From the NCBI GenBank assembly GCA_965207935.1, contig CBDBNM010000001.1, positions 67,614-131,613 of the forward strand: a stretch of DNA of 64,000 nucleotides. Direction: 5' to 3'. Positions 53,973-64,000 of this stretch are shown here, in pieces. The position numbers and the translations under genes were made by a program. Source of the DNA: Dehalococcoidia bacterium (GTDB taxonomy: Bacteria > Chloroflexota > Dehalococcoidia > Lucifugimonadales > JAGWBF01). Each line of letters begins with the position of its first letter. Position 1 is the first letter of the stretch. A model generated the notes under the pieces. The model had not been told where the DNA came from. It made no database searches and saw nothing but the letters and a program-made list of their open reading frames with translations.

Positions 53973-54617
53973 GTGAGTGTGATGGGCATAGACCTGACCG
54001 CGTCTTCCAAGCGGGGCAGTGCCTTTGCCCTGCTCGACGACAAGGCAGGGCTGCTTAAATGCAGCCGGTTCTTCGAGCCCGATGAGATCGCCGGCTCTCT
54101 ACAGAAGCACAAGCCCGAAGTGGTCGCCATCGATGCCCCCCTGTCCCTTCCCCTGGGTTTGGACTGTTTGGAGGAGTCCCACCCCTGTAGTCCCACCCAC
54201 GACTACAAGGGACGCTCTGCCGAGCAGGACCTGGCCCGCATAAGCATAGGGTGTTTCTTTACAACGAAGCGGTCTATCATCAAGGGACTTGTGTATCGTG
54301 GGCAGGACATCTCCCGCAGTCTATCCAACCAGGGGTTCAAGGTCATAGAGGTCTACCCTTATGCTACAAAGGTGATCCTCTTCGGGAAAAAGATGCCTTC
54401 GAAGGTCACAAGCCGAGGCTTGGCGTTTCTGAAAGACCGCATTAGCACCATGGTGAACGGTCTCGATGAATATATGGACAAGCTGAACCACGACTCCTGC
54501 GATGCCATCCTGGCTGCCTACACCGGGTGGCTCTATTGCAACGGTCAGACCGATGCATTGGGCATCCCCGAGGAGGGGCACATCATCGTGCCCAAGGTTT
54601 CCGAAAGAGCGCCCTAG
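53973..54617 (+). CDS. DUF429-like predicted RNase H-fold protein
   Basis: MGIDLTASSKRGSAFALL...VVAIDAPLSLP...NHDSCDAILAAY pattern, recalled from COG2410/DUF429. GTG start. Confidence 0.45.
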   Translation: MSVMGIDLTASSKRGSAFALLDDKAGLLKCSRFFEPDEIAGSLQKHKPEVVAIDAPLSLPLGLDCLEESHPCSPTHDYKGRSAEQDLARISIGCFFTTKRSIIKGLVYRGQDISRSLSNQGFKVIEVYPYATKVILFGKKMPSKVTSRGLAFLKDRISTMVNGLDEYMDKLNHDSCDAILAAYTGWLYCNGQTDALGIPEEGHIIVPKVSERAP

Positions 54618-54697
54618 TGTTTTCTGGACGCTTCCCCCTTTGATTTCAGGGGGGCCATTCCGCAAGCTTTGTATCTTTGATGTAAGGTGGTGTCGAA

Positions 54698-55084
54698 ATG
54701 GACCTTGAGATATTGACCAGGGATGTCGACTTGGATGAGCGTCTGCGCAGCCGGATCACGCGAAAGGCTGAAAGCTTGGACAAGCGTATCAAGGGCATTA
54801 CCACAGCCACTGTCGAGCTTTCCCTCAACAACTCCCGCCGGAAGGAGGACCGCTTCATAGCGGGGGTGACCCTGGATGTGGCGGGGTCTACCGAGCGCAC
54901 CGAGGAGCGGTCTGAGAGTGTGTTGGAAGCTGTCACCTCAGCGGTGGATGCTATGGAGCGTAAACTAGAGCGCCTGAAGCACAAGGTGTACAGGAGCGGG
55001 CAGTCCCGCAGGGACGCCCAACACCAGGGGTCTCAGGCGTCCGACGAGACTCCCGACGATTCCGAGGGTACTGAGACGAGCTAG
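54698..55084 (+). CDS. hpf: ribosome hibernation/S30AE-family protein (short HPF/RaiA-like)
   Basis: MDLEILTRDVDLDERLRSRITRKAESLDK...ATVELS matches the S30AE fold pattern; 128 aa. Confidence 0.75.
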   Translation: MDLEILTRDVDLDERLRSRITRKAESLDKRIKGITTATVELSLNNSRRKEDRFIAGVTLDVAGSTERTEERSESVLEAVTSAVDAMERKLERLKHKVYRSGQSRRDAQHQGSQASDETPDDSEGTETS

Positions 55085-55944
55085 GAGTTATCCTTCTTTT
55101 GCTGGTCCCCGCCGCCCAGACCCAGGAATGGCTGCAGCATGGAGGTGAACTCCATGGGAAAGATGAACTTGGTGGCCGGGCTCTCTCCCATGGCCTTTAG
55201 GGTCTCGAAGTACTGCAGGCTCATGGTCTTGTTATCCACTATGTTTGCCACCTGGTAGATGCGGTCCAGGGCGGTGCTGAATCCTTCGGCACGAAGGACC
55301 TGCGCTTGCTGGTCTCCCTCGGCCTGCAGTATCTCTGACTGGCGCTGCCCTTCGGCGGACAGGATGGCTGCCTGCTTCTCACCCTCAGCTCGGTTGATCT
55401 GGGCTTGGCGCTGGCCCTCGGACTCGGTTATCTCCGCAGTCTTGATGGCCGCAGCGGACTTTTCCCGCTCCATCGCCTGCTTGACTCCGGGGGGCGGGTC
55501 AATCTCGTTGATAGCCACCTGGGTTACCTTCACACCCCACCGGCCTGTCTCTTCGTCGAGGGCGATCTGCAGGGTATCCCGTATCCTCTCCCTCTCTCCC
55601 AGGGCGGTGGCCAGGTCTGTGTTTCCGATGACGGCCCTGAGGTTGGCTACGGCGAGATTGATAACCGCCTGCTCCACGTTTTCTACGTTGAGGACAGACC
55701 TTTCGGCTTCCTCGGGCAGGATCCGCAGGTAAATAACAAAGTCCAGGTCGACAACCACGTTGTCTTGCGTGATGTACTTTTGAGTCGGCACCCGGCGCAC
55801 CCGTTCCCGGAGGTCAACGATGCGGCCTGTCTCCATTATGGGAATCACGAATCGGAACCCGGGCCCGCTCACCCTGTCCAGGGCGCCCCACTTGAGGACG
55901 ACCATCTTTTCGAACTGCTTCACGACCACTATTCCGACAGCCAT
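55081..55944 (-). CDS. SPFH/band-7 (stomatin-like) protein
   Basis: SPFH core (VPTQKYITQDNVVVDLD...LRAVIG...ERERI...WGVKV) and a coiled Ala/Gln/Glu-rich tail. Confidence 0.85.
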   Translation of the reverse strand: MAVGIVVVKQFEKMVVLKWGALDRVSGPGFRFVIPIMETGRIVDLRERVRRVPTQKYITQDNVVVDLDFVIYLRILPEEAERSVLNVENVEQAVINLAVANLRAVIGNTDLATALGERERIRDTLQIALDEETGRWGVKVTQVAINEIDPPPGVKQAMEREKSAAAIKTAEITESEGQRQAQINRAEGEKQAAILSAEGQRQSEILQAEGDQQAQVLRAEGFSTALDRIYQVANIVDNKTMSLQYFETLKAMGESPATKFIFPMEFTSMLQPFLGLGGGDQQKKDNS

Positions 55945-55961
55945 TTCTCCTCCTTTGGTCC

Positions 55962-57323
55962 CTAGACTTCGCCATCCTGGGAGCGGACCACCGTAAGAAC
56001 AACGCCTTCGAGGCCCCGCACTATCACCTTCTCACCCATTGTAATAACCGTACCATCTTCGGAAATGGCTGTCCATATCTCGTCAGCTATGAGGACAGTC
56101 CCCCGGGGAGAAAGCTCGTGCACTACCTCACCCATCACTCCCAATAGCTGCGGCTTGGAAGGTCGGTCATGACGCTCCGCCCTGCGAGAATTGACCATGG
56201 TGCGCAGTATCCAAAGCCCTCCAACGCCGAATATTGCTGCCAATGAAACTATGAGCCACATGTTCACGCTGATATCCAGTCCCCCGGGGTCGGGCGCTCC
56301 GAAGTTGTCGAACAGCAGAAGCCCACCCAGGATGAAGCAGATTAACGAGCCCACTCCAAGGACGCCAAATCCGGCAACAAGAAGTTCCGCAATCAATAAC
56401 CCCATAGCCAGGCCGATCAGTCCCACACCCGCCCAGTTCACCGGCAGGTTCCCGAAGCTCACAAAGGCAAGGATCAGGAAGATAACTCCCACCAGGCCGG
56501 GCACGATGCCCCCGGGGTTCAGCAGCTCTATCACCAGCCCCATGCCCCCCAGGGAAAGAAGGATGAAGGACACGTTTGGATCGGCAAGGAAGTCCAGGAA
56601 CCGCTCGATGAGGTTCATCTTCACGCTGCGCTGTTCCAACCCCTGGGTCTCCAACGTCCTGGTGCCTTCCGATGTTTCCACCGTCAGGCCGTCCACCTGC
56701 TCCAGCAGGTCGTCCACCCCGGTGGCAATGAAGTCCACGACGTTTAGTTCCACAGCCTCCTCGGCATCGTAGGCCGTGGCGTCAACGATGGTGGCTTCCA
56801 AAGCTTCGGCGTTCCTGTTGCGTTCGGCGGCTATGGAGCGCATCAGCGCCGATGTGTCCTCCACCACCTTGCTCTCCAGGGTCTCGGGGATGTCCTCCCC
56901 GCCGGCGCCGACGGGCGAGGCGGCGCCTATGTTGGTGCCGGGCGCCATCACTGCGAAGTGCCCCGCCGCGGTTACGAAGGTGCCGGCCGAGGCGGCTTGG
57001 GCGCCCGATGGCCAGACATACACGGCAACGGGGATGGGGGCATTCAGCAGGTCCTGGACGATGCCCCGGGTGGAATCCAGCAGTCCGCCCGGAGTGTCCA
57101 GGGTGATGATCAGTATCTCGGCGCCATCTTCATGGGCTTGGTCGATCACCCTGGAAATGAAGCGTTCCGAGACCGGGTTGATGGCGCCGTCCACCTCGGC
57201 CACCAAAGCGTGCTTCTCTCCCTGGGCGGCGACTTGCCCAACAAGTCCCAAGGCGAAGCAAGCCAGGAAGAAGGCTGCGAACAGCTTACGCAGATGGCGG
57301 ATTCTCGACAGCGTTCGATACAT
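55962..57323 (-). CDS. NfeD-family membrane-bound ClpP-class serine protease
   Basis: Signal/TM segment, ClpP-like domain (LDTPGGLLDST...GAQAASAGTF), multi-TM block and a C-terminal OB (NfeD) domain. Start chosen at ATG 57323. Confidence 0.8.
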   Translation of the reverse strand: MYRTLSRIRHLRKLFAAFFLACFALGLVGQVAAQGEKHALVAEVDGAINPVSERFISRVIDQAHEDGAEILIITLDTPGGLLDSTRGIVQDLLNAPIPVAVYVWPSGAQAASAGTFVTAAGHFAVMAPGTNIGAASPVGAGGEDIPETLESKVVEDTSALMRSIAAERNRNAEALEATIVDATAYDAEEAVELNVVDFIATGVDDLLEQVDGLTVETSEGTRTLETQGLEQRSVKMNLIERFLDFLADPNVSFILLSLGGMGLVIELLNPGGIVPGLVGVIFLILAFVSFGNLPVNWAGVGLIGLAMGLLIAELLVAGFGVLGVGSLICFILGGLLLFDNFGAPDPGGLDISVNMWLIVSLAAIFGVGGLWILRTMVNSRRAERHDRPSKPQLLGVMGEVVHELSPRGTVLIADEIWTAISEDGTVITMGEKVIVRGLEGVVLTVVRSQDGEV

Positions 57324-57443
57324 CGTTCCCCCGGGAGGGCCAGCGGCAATCAAGTCTCACTATCCATTTCACCACAAGTTTAGGGGCTCTGCCAGATGTC
57401 TAACTTGCAGCATTCCCGTCCGCTATCGATTGATCCCCACCCG

Positions 57444-57472
57444 TTGACATGAAATTGGGCCGTAGGTACACT
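57444..57472 (+). promoter_or_regulatory. sigma70-like promoter TTGACA-N17-TACACT upstream of glyA
   Basis: Consensus -35 hexamer at 57444-57449 and -10 at 57467-57472. Confidence 0.45.
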
Positions 57473-57576
57473 CAAATTGAACCTCGGCCCGCCGGCCATC
57501 CATTGTGAGGCCAGGGTCGAGTTTTTTGATTTCCTGCTCCTTCACCCCGGGCCTCGTGGAGCATGAGGGAGGGCCC

Positions 57577-58821
<1,245 letters not shown>

Positions 58822-58876
58822 AAAGCCTCATGCGCCCCAGGACAAGCCCACCTCAGCTTGGCCGGACAAGTATCGG

Positions 58877-58905
58877 TTGAGGCTTAGCTGCCAGGATGCT
58901 ATAAT
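58877..58905 (+). promoter_or_regulatory. sigma70-like promoter TTGAGG-N17-TATAAT with TGC extension, upstream of rpsF-ssb-rpsR
   Basis: -35 at 58877-58882 and extended -10 TGCTATAAT at 58897-58905. Confidence 0.5.
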
Positions 58906-58936
58906 CAAAGGTCACTAGAGGCAGTCGGAGAATGCA

Positions 58937-59650
58937 TTGCGTCACTATGAGCTAATGGTTGTCCTTAGCCCCATCCTCTCGAATGAGGAGGTGGAAGGCT
59001 CAAAGGACCGGATCAAGCTTCTGATCGATCAGCAAGGTGGAACGATTACCCGGGAAGACCAGTGGGGAATGAGGAGGTTGGCCTACCCGATACGGAAGGC
59101 GGGCCAGACCTTTCTCGAAGGCAACTACCTGCTTACCCATTTCGCCACTGAAGGCGTACTTTCCCGCGACCTCGAAGGGCAGCTGAACCTTTCCGAGGAT
59201 GTCCTTCGTTACCTGGTGGTAAAGTCCGAACCTCCCAAGCCGGTCCAGGCCCCGCCCGCCGAGGAGCCCACCCCAGTGCTTGAAGGCGTCGCGGACGACG
59301 GTGCTTCTGCTCCCGAAGCTTCTGTTGAAGAAGCTCCCGCCGTTGAGGCTGAGGGGGAGATTGGCGCTGAGGTGGAGGATGCTCCCGTTCCGGCTGTTGC
59401 AGAAGCCTCTATCGATGAGGCGACCGTCGTAGAAGATGTTGAAGCAGCTGTGCCTGAAGCGGATACAGACCTCCCCGAAAGCGAGCCTGCGCCGGAGGCT
59501 TCCATAGAAGACTCGGAGCAAGGTGGGGAAGAGCCGGCCGATGAGGGCGAGAGTGCGGATTCCATCCCCGATGAGTCCGACGACGGGTCCGATGGGGAAG
59601 CTGGGGAAGATTCGGGAGAAAACGCGGAAGATGGGGAGACCCGGCCATGA
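58937..59650 (+). CDS. rpsF: 30S ribosomal protein S6 with a long acidic C-terminal extension
   Basis: S6 core MRHYELMVVLSP...EDQWGMRRLAYPI (TTG start), then about 130 aa of Glu/Asp/Ala/Pro-rich tail. ATGA overlap with ssb. Confidence 0.85.
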   Translation: MRHYELMVVLSPILSNEEVEGSKDRIKLLIDQQGGTITREDQWGMRRLAYPIRKAGQTFLEGNYLLTHFATEGVLSRDLEGQLNLSEDVLRYLVVKSEPPKPVQAPPAEEPTPVLEGVADDGASAPEASVEEAPAVEAEGEIGAEVEDAPVPAVAEASIDEATVVEDVEAAVPEADTDLPESEPAPEASIEDSEQGGEEPADEGESADSIPDESDDGSDGEAGEDSGENAEDGETRP

Positions 59651-60051
59651 CCATGAACAAGATGATGATTATAGGCAACTTGGGGTCGGACCCTGAGATG
59701 CGCTACACCCCCGGCGGCCAGGCGGTGACCAGCTTCCGCGTAGCCACCAATCACAGGTACACCACAGCCGATGGCGAGCGCCGGGATGAGACCGAGTGGT
59801 TTTCCATAGCTGCGTGGGGAAGGCTGGCAGAGACCTGCAACCAGTACCTGACCAAGGGCAAGAAGGTGTACGTGGAGGGCAGGCTCCGCAGCCGCTCTTA
59901 CGAGGCCAGGGATGGTGAGACTCGATTTGCCATGGAGATTAATGCCACGGACGTCCGGTTCCTGGACCCGGCCGGTGGGCGCTCGGAAGATTTTCCGAGG
60001 GGCGACGGCGACGGGGACTCGGGCATGGATGTGGATAACCTCCCATTCTAG
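59647..60051 (+). CDS. ssb: single-stranded DNA-binding protein
   Basis: OB-fold N-terminus NKMMIIGNLGSDPEMRYTPGG and a C-terminal acidic tip DVDNLPF. Confidence 0.9.
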   Translation: MTMNKMMIIGNLGSDPEMRYTPGGQAVTSFRVATNHRYTTADGERRDETEWFSIAAWGRLAETCNQYLTKGKKVYVEGRLRSRSYEARDGETRFAMEINATDVRFLDPAGGRSEDFPRGDGDGDSGMDVDNLPF

Positions 60052-60082
60052 TACTCGAATATCCAGAGGAGAAACATAGCCC

Positions 60083-60376
60083 ATGACCTCAGGTGCGTTT
60101 CGCAGAGGCGGCAGGCCCGGAGGGGGTCGCCCCCGCCGTGGCAGGTATGTGCAGCGAAGAAAGGTCTGCTCCTTTTGCGCGGACCACATCCCTTCCATTG
60201 GATACAAAGACCTGGACCGTCTACGCCGCTACCTGTCCGATCGTGCGAAGATCGAACCCAGGAGAAAGACCGGGGTGTGTGCAGGCCATCAGCGGGAGTT
60301 GGCGACAGCCATCAAGCGGGCCAGGCACCTGGCGCTGCTGCCTTTCACTCCGGTCCATTCCCGGGCGCCAGCCTAG
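60083..60376 (+). CDS. rpsR: 30S ribosomal protein S18
   Basis: [48 protein letters not shown]. Confidence 0.9.
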   Translation: MTSGAFRRGGRPGGGRPRRGRYVQRRKVCSFCADHIPSIGYKDLDRLRRYLSDRAKIEPRRKTGVCAGHQRELATAIKRARHLALLPFTPVHSRAPA

Positions 60377-60477
60377 TTCTATCATATGGCCGAAAGGGTG
60401 GTTAGGCATGGTTTCCAGCCCCGCCCTCGCACCCATCAGGTCCCTAAGCCCCTGTCTCGGCAGCAGCAGCTAAGATA

Positions 60478-61656
60478 ATGACGACCTCTTCCAGTGGACG
60501 TTCTCCCCGCCCCCAGGCTGGCGATCGAAGAATGAGGTCAAGGAGACCCCCGCCTTCCGACCGCCGAATGGCGCGCATGTTGCAGGCTGAAAACCCACGC
60601 CGCAGGCTGATCCTGGTCGGCATTGTCCTTGCACTCCTTGCTCTTATTGGAGGAATTGGCGGCTATGGCTACTACTCCACCTTCGTGGCCCCCACGAGGA
60701 TTCTCGCAGTCCGCGTCGATGATGTGGTGCATACCCAGGGCGATATCGTGGTGCGCTTGAAGATGCAGCAAGCTGCGACAATCGCGTTGGGCGAGATATT
60801 CGACCTGGGGAGGGAGCCCTTCGAGGCGGTGCGACAAGTTACCGAAGCAGAGGTCATTCGCCGGGCGGCGCCGCAGTATGACATTTGGGTGACCGAGGAC
60901 GACATCGAGGTGGTGTTGCGTCGGAGGTTCTATCCGAGGAACGTAGGCGAGGATACCCCCCAGGACAGGCCGGAACGGGAATATAGAGAAAACTATAGCA
61001 ACTTCCTGGAAAGAAGCCACCTGTCCCACTCCGACTACAGCGGGTTCGTGGAAGAAGAGGTGTACCGCTCCTTTATGCTGGAGGCGCTGGGTGAGAATCT
61101 CCCCACCGAGGCTGAGCAGGTAGAGGTGCAGTGGGTACGGCTACCTTCTCTCCTCGACCCCAGGCAGCAAACAAACCCGGGCCCAAGTGCCGACCACGTA
61201 CGTGACCGGCTGCTGGCTGAGGACTTCAGCGCCGTTGCGCAGGAGCTGTCCCAGGACTTCGAGTACTCCAACAGCGCCGGGTATGTGGGATGGGTTCCCG
61301 AAGGAGCCTTCCCCTTCCTGGACCACCTCCTCTTTGGCACTGAAGATGAGCCCCCCCTGAACTACTTCGAGGTCAGCAAGCCGGTGCACCACCCGAATGA
61401 CCCCGAGGGCATATTTATAATCAGGGTCCTGGATGGCCCGGAGGTCCGCCCAATCTCAGAGCTGATGCGGTTCAGGCTTGAGGCCGAAGAGTTGAGCAGG
61501 TGGCTGCGCCAGCAGATCAACCAAGGCTCAGCAGATGGCTGGTTGGAGATAAACAACGACAGCTCCTTGTACTCCTGGGTAGTAGAACAGCTGAAGGCGT
61601 CCGCCCCGGATGCTACTCCCCCGCCGGCAAGCAATCCCGGGCTAGATATCAGGTAG
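60478..61656 (+). CDS. membrane-anchored SurA/PpiC-like (parvulin-type) chaperone/PPIase candidate
   Basis: Arg-rich cytoplasmic N-terminus, one TM segment (LILVGIVLALLALIGGIGG), and a parvulin-like segment SNSAGYVGWVPEGAFPFLDHLLF. Weak family call. Confidence 0.5.
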   Translation: MTTSSSGRSPRPQAGDRRMRSRRPPPSDRRMARMLQAENPRRRLILVGIVLALLALIGGIGGYGYYSTFVAPTRILAVRVDDVVHTQGDIVVRLKMQQAATIALGEIFDLGREPFEAVRQVTEAEVIRRAAPQYDIWVTEDDIEVVLRRRFYPRNVGEDTPQDRPEREYRENYSNFLERSHLSHSDYSGFVEEEVYRSFMLEALGENLPTEAEQVEVQWVRLPSLLDPRQQTNPGPSADHVRDRLLAEDFSAVAQELSQDFEYSNSAGYVGWVPEGAFPFLDHLLFGTEDEPPLNYFEVSKPVHHPNDPEGIFIIRVLDGPEVRPISELMRFRLEAEELSRWLRQQINQGSADGWLEINNDSSLYSWVVEQLKASAPDATPPPASNPGLDIR

Positions 61657-61662
61657 GCGACG

Positions 61663-62961
61663 ATGGATATAAACATTGGCCTGCTTGGGGCGGGTGTTGT
61701 GGGGAGCGCAGTTGCCATGGTGCTCTTGGAAGGCAGGGAGGACCTTGGACGCAAGGTCGGCGGCTCCCTAAGGCTTAAGAAGGTCCTGGTGAGGGAAGCG
61801 GGGAAGCCCCGTTCATTCCAGGCGCCGCCGGATGTTCTGGTCACCGACTTTGCTGAAGTCCTGAACGATCCCGACATCCAGATCGTCGTGGAGCTGATGG
61901 GAGGGGAGGAGCCGGCCGCAGGGTACATCGAAAAGCTGCTGGCTGCAGGGAAGCATGTTGTAACGGCAAACAAGGAGGTCATCGCCAAGCGCGGGCCGGA
62001 GTTGTCGGCGAAAGCCAGGTCTGCCGAGCGCCAGCTTTCCTACGAAGCGAGCGTGGGCGCCGGAATACCCATCATCAGTCCCCTTAGCCGGGACTTGCTG
62101 GCCAACGACATCCGCTCAATTCGCGCCATCGTCAACGGCACCACTAACTACATAGTTACCCGCATGGCGATGGACCACATGGGGTTTGCAGATGCCCTCA
62201 GAGAAGCCCAGCATCTGGGCTTTGCCGAGGCCGATCCTACCAACGACATCGCCGGTACTGACGCAGCATACAAGCTTGCCATTCTCGCATCGTTGGCCTT
62301 CCACACAAAGGTGTCGCCTGAGGATGTCTTCCGGGAGGGTATTTCAAGCCTGGAGGCGCAGGACTTCAGGTACTCCCAGGAGCTGGGTTTTGCCATCAAG
62401 CTGCTGGCCATAGCCCACAAGGAGAACGGTTCGTTGCAGCTCCGGGTGCATCCCGCCCTGGTGCCCCAGGGCCATATCCTTGCCAGCATCGACGGTGCCT
62501 TCAACGCCATCGAAGTTGAAGGAGACCTGATGGGGCGGGTGCTTTTCCATGGCATGGGAGCGGGCAGCGAGTCCACCGCCAGCGCGGTGATCGGCGACAT
62601 CATCGAGATCGCCCGGAAGCTGAACCTGAACATCAAGCCCCTTCCCATGCAGGAGAACTTACGGTCCATTGCCATTGCGCCCATGTCGGAGCTTGTCAGC
62701 CGGTACTACTTCCGCCTCAACGTGGCCGATAGAGCGGGTGTCCTGGCCAGGATCGCAAAGGTACTGGGGGACAGGGATATCAGCATCGCATCAGTTATCC
62801 AGAAGGATGCCGATCTTTCCACCCAGACGGCGGACTTGGTCGTAACAACCCACCCGTCCAGGGAGGATTCGGTCCAGGAATCCATCAGGTCAATGGGTGA
62901 GCTGGACGTGGTGAGCAAGGTCAGCAATATGGTGCGGATCGAGGACTGGCCCTCCAGGTAG
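61663..62961 (+). CDS. hom: homoserine dehydrogenase (with C-terminal ACT domain)
   Basis: NAD motif IGLLGAGVVGSAV, catalytic region VTANKE...EASVGAGIPII, and ACT YYFRLNVADRAGVLARI. Confidence 0.9.
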   Translation: MDINIGLLGAGVVGSAVAMVLLEGREDLGRKVGGSLRLKKVLVREAGKPRSFQAPPDVLVTDFAEVLNDPDIQIVVELMGGEEPAAGYIEKLLAAGKHVVTANKEVIAKRGPELSAKARSAERQLSYEASVGAGIPIISPLSRDLLANDIRSIRAIVNGTTNYIVTRMAMDHMGFADALREAQHLGFAEADPTNDIAGTDAAYKLAILASLAFHTKVSPEDVFREGISSLEAQDFRYSQELGFAIKLLAIAHKENGSLQLRVHPALVPQGHILASIDGAFNAIEVEGDLMGRVLFHGMGAGSESTASAVIGDIIEIARKLNLNIKPLPMQENLRSIAIAPMSELVSRYYFRLNVADRAGVLARIAKVLGDRDISIASVIQKDADLSTQTADLVVTTHPSREDSVQESIRSMGELDVVSKVSNMVRIEDWPSR

Positions 62962-63035
62962 GCTTTGCGCTGCGAATAGGTTAATATGATGATGGCCTCC
63001 CGTAGTTGGGCTATCGCATAAGAGCAGAAGGAAGA

Positions 63036-64000
63036 ATGCAGAAGGGAATCCTGGAAACTTACCGCGCTTTCCTCCCCATTGAGGAATCAACCCCCATGGT
63101 GTCCATGGGGGAAGGCAATACCCCCCTGGTGAAGTCGGTGCAATTGGGCAAGATGCTGGGGTGCGAAGAGCTGTACTTCAAGCTGGAGGGCTGCAACCCC
63201 ACAGGCTCTTTCAAGGACCGGGGTATGGCTATGGCTGTTGCCAAGGCCCTGGAATCGGGCAGCAAGGCCATAATGTGTGCTTCCACGGGAAATACAAGCG
63301 CGTCGGCAGCGGCCTACGGGGGCCGCTTTTCTATTTCCACGGTGGTTGTCGTCCCAAAGGGCAGGATTGCCGCCGGCAAGGTCACACAGGCGATGGCCCA
63401 TGGCGCCCGGATCGTCATGGTGGATGGTTCTTTCGACCAAGCCCTGTCCCTGGTGCGGAACTTCACCGACCAGCATCCCATCACCCTCGTGAACTCCATC
63501 AACCCCTATCGGCTGGAGGGTCAAAAGACGGCGGCCTTCGAAATCGTGGACGACCTGGGCGATGCCCCCGACTACCTGTTTATCCCCACCGGCAACGCCG
63601 GGAATATCACGGCTTACTGGAAGGGATTCAAGGAGTATTACCAAGCCGAGATATCCCGCAGCCTCCCCAAGATGATGGGTTTCCAGGCTGAGGGGGCGGC
63701 TCCCATCGTGCTCGGCCATCCCGTGGTAGACCCCACCACCGTAGCCTCTGCCATCCGCATAGGCAATCCCGCCAACTGGACCGCCGCCCTGGCTGCCAGG
63801 GACGATTCCGGTGGCGCGATAGATAAGGTCTCCGACGATGAGATTCTGGAGGCCTACGAGCTTCTGGCATCCTGCGAGGGCATCTTTTGCGAGCCGGCTT
63901 CGGCAGCATCCTTCGCAGGACTGCGAAAGCTGCATGCCGAGGGGCTGGACGTATCCTGTAGCCGTGTTGTGTGTATAATTACCGGTACCGGACTGAAAGA
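63036..64000 (+). CDS. thrC: threonine synthase (3' end beyond the right edge)
   Basis: My translation from ATG 63036 is MQKGILETYRAFLP...GEGNTPLV...NPTGSFKDRGM (PLP lysine)...CASTGNTSAS. Absent from the ORF track because it has no in-window stop. Confidence 0.9.
   Translation, partial: MQKGILETYRAFLPIEESTPMVSMGEGNTPLVKSVQLGKMLGCEELYFKLEGCNPTGSFKDRGMAMAVAKALESGSKAIMCASTGNTSASAAAYGGRFSISTVVVVPKGRIAAGKVTQAMAHGARIVMVDGSFDQALSLVRNFTDQHPITLVNSINPYRLEGQKTAAFEIVDDLGDAPDYLFIPTGNAGNITAYWKGFKEYYQAEISRSLPKMMGFQAEGAAPIVLGHPVVDPTTVASAIRIGNPANWTAALAARDDSGGAIDKVSDDEILEAYELLASCEGIFCEPASAASFAGLRKLHAEGLDVSCSRVVCIITGTGLK

Noticed and set aside
59209-60207. 332-aa minus-strand ORF across rpsF-ssb-rpsR; likewise 63087-63935 opposite thrC
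   Set aside because: The ribosomal protein, SSB and ThrC frames are unmistakable, so these are antisense artefacts.

Overview
Dense, GC-rich bacterial chromosomal segment, coding on both strands with short intergenic gaps and many 1-4 nt start/stop overlaps. I call 58 complete CDS, 2 edge-truncated CDS, 1 nonsense-interrupted pseudogene and 1 tRNA (selC, tRNA-Sec). I saw no rRNA, CRISPR array, transposase, integrase or prophage genes. Housekeeping content: coaE, rimI, glnS, trxA, tatA/B/C, lpd plus an E2 acyltransferase, thyX-like, glyA, rpsF-ssb-rpsR, hom, thrC, a NifS-like desulfurase and speH/speB. Heterotrophic catabolism content: lutABC, glycerate kinase, two M20 amidohydrolases, two amidohydrolase-2 genes, a GMC oxidoreductase, an LLM flavin oxidoreductase, two alpha/beta hydrolases, two RidA-type genes and two isochorismatase-type genes. 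Transport and envelope modules: an ABC ATPase / ABC-2 permease / GldG-like / DUF4340-like operon, a fused full-length ABC exporter, and an SPFH/NfeD pair. The gene mix is reminiscent of marine Chloroflexota (SAR202-like), but that is only a guess. Most notable observations: (1) an orphan CbbQ/NorQ-type AAA+ and an 1100-aa CbbO/NorD-type VWA protein, split by a CoA-type NUDIX gene and preceded by coaE, with no recognisable client; (2) a textbook tRNA-Sec 23 nt downstream of trxA; (3) TAG as the majority stop codon (34 of 59 by hand count); (4) an RlmD-Maf fusion; (5) a Rut-pathway-like set of enzyme folds under a LysR regulator, including a Cys-less isochorismatase paralog; (6) a HesB/IscA-like protein with a triplicated CGCG tail; (7) a 600-bp block of nested palindromic repeats. 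Many long ORFs in the supplied track are antisense artefacts of high GC content and were not called.
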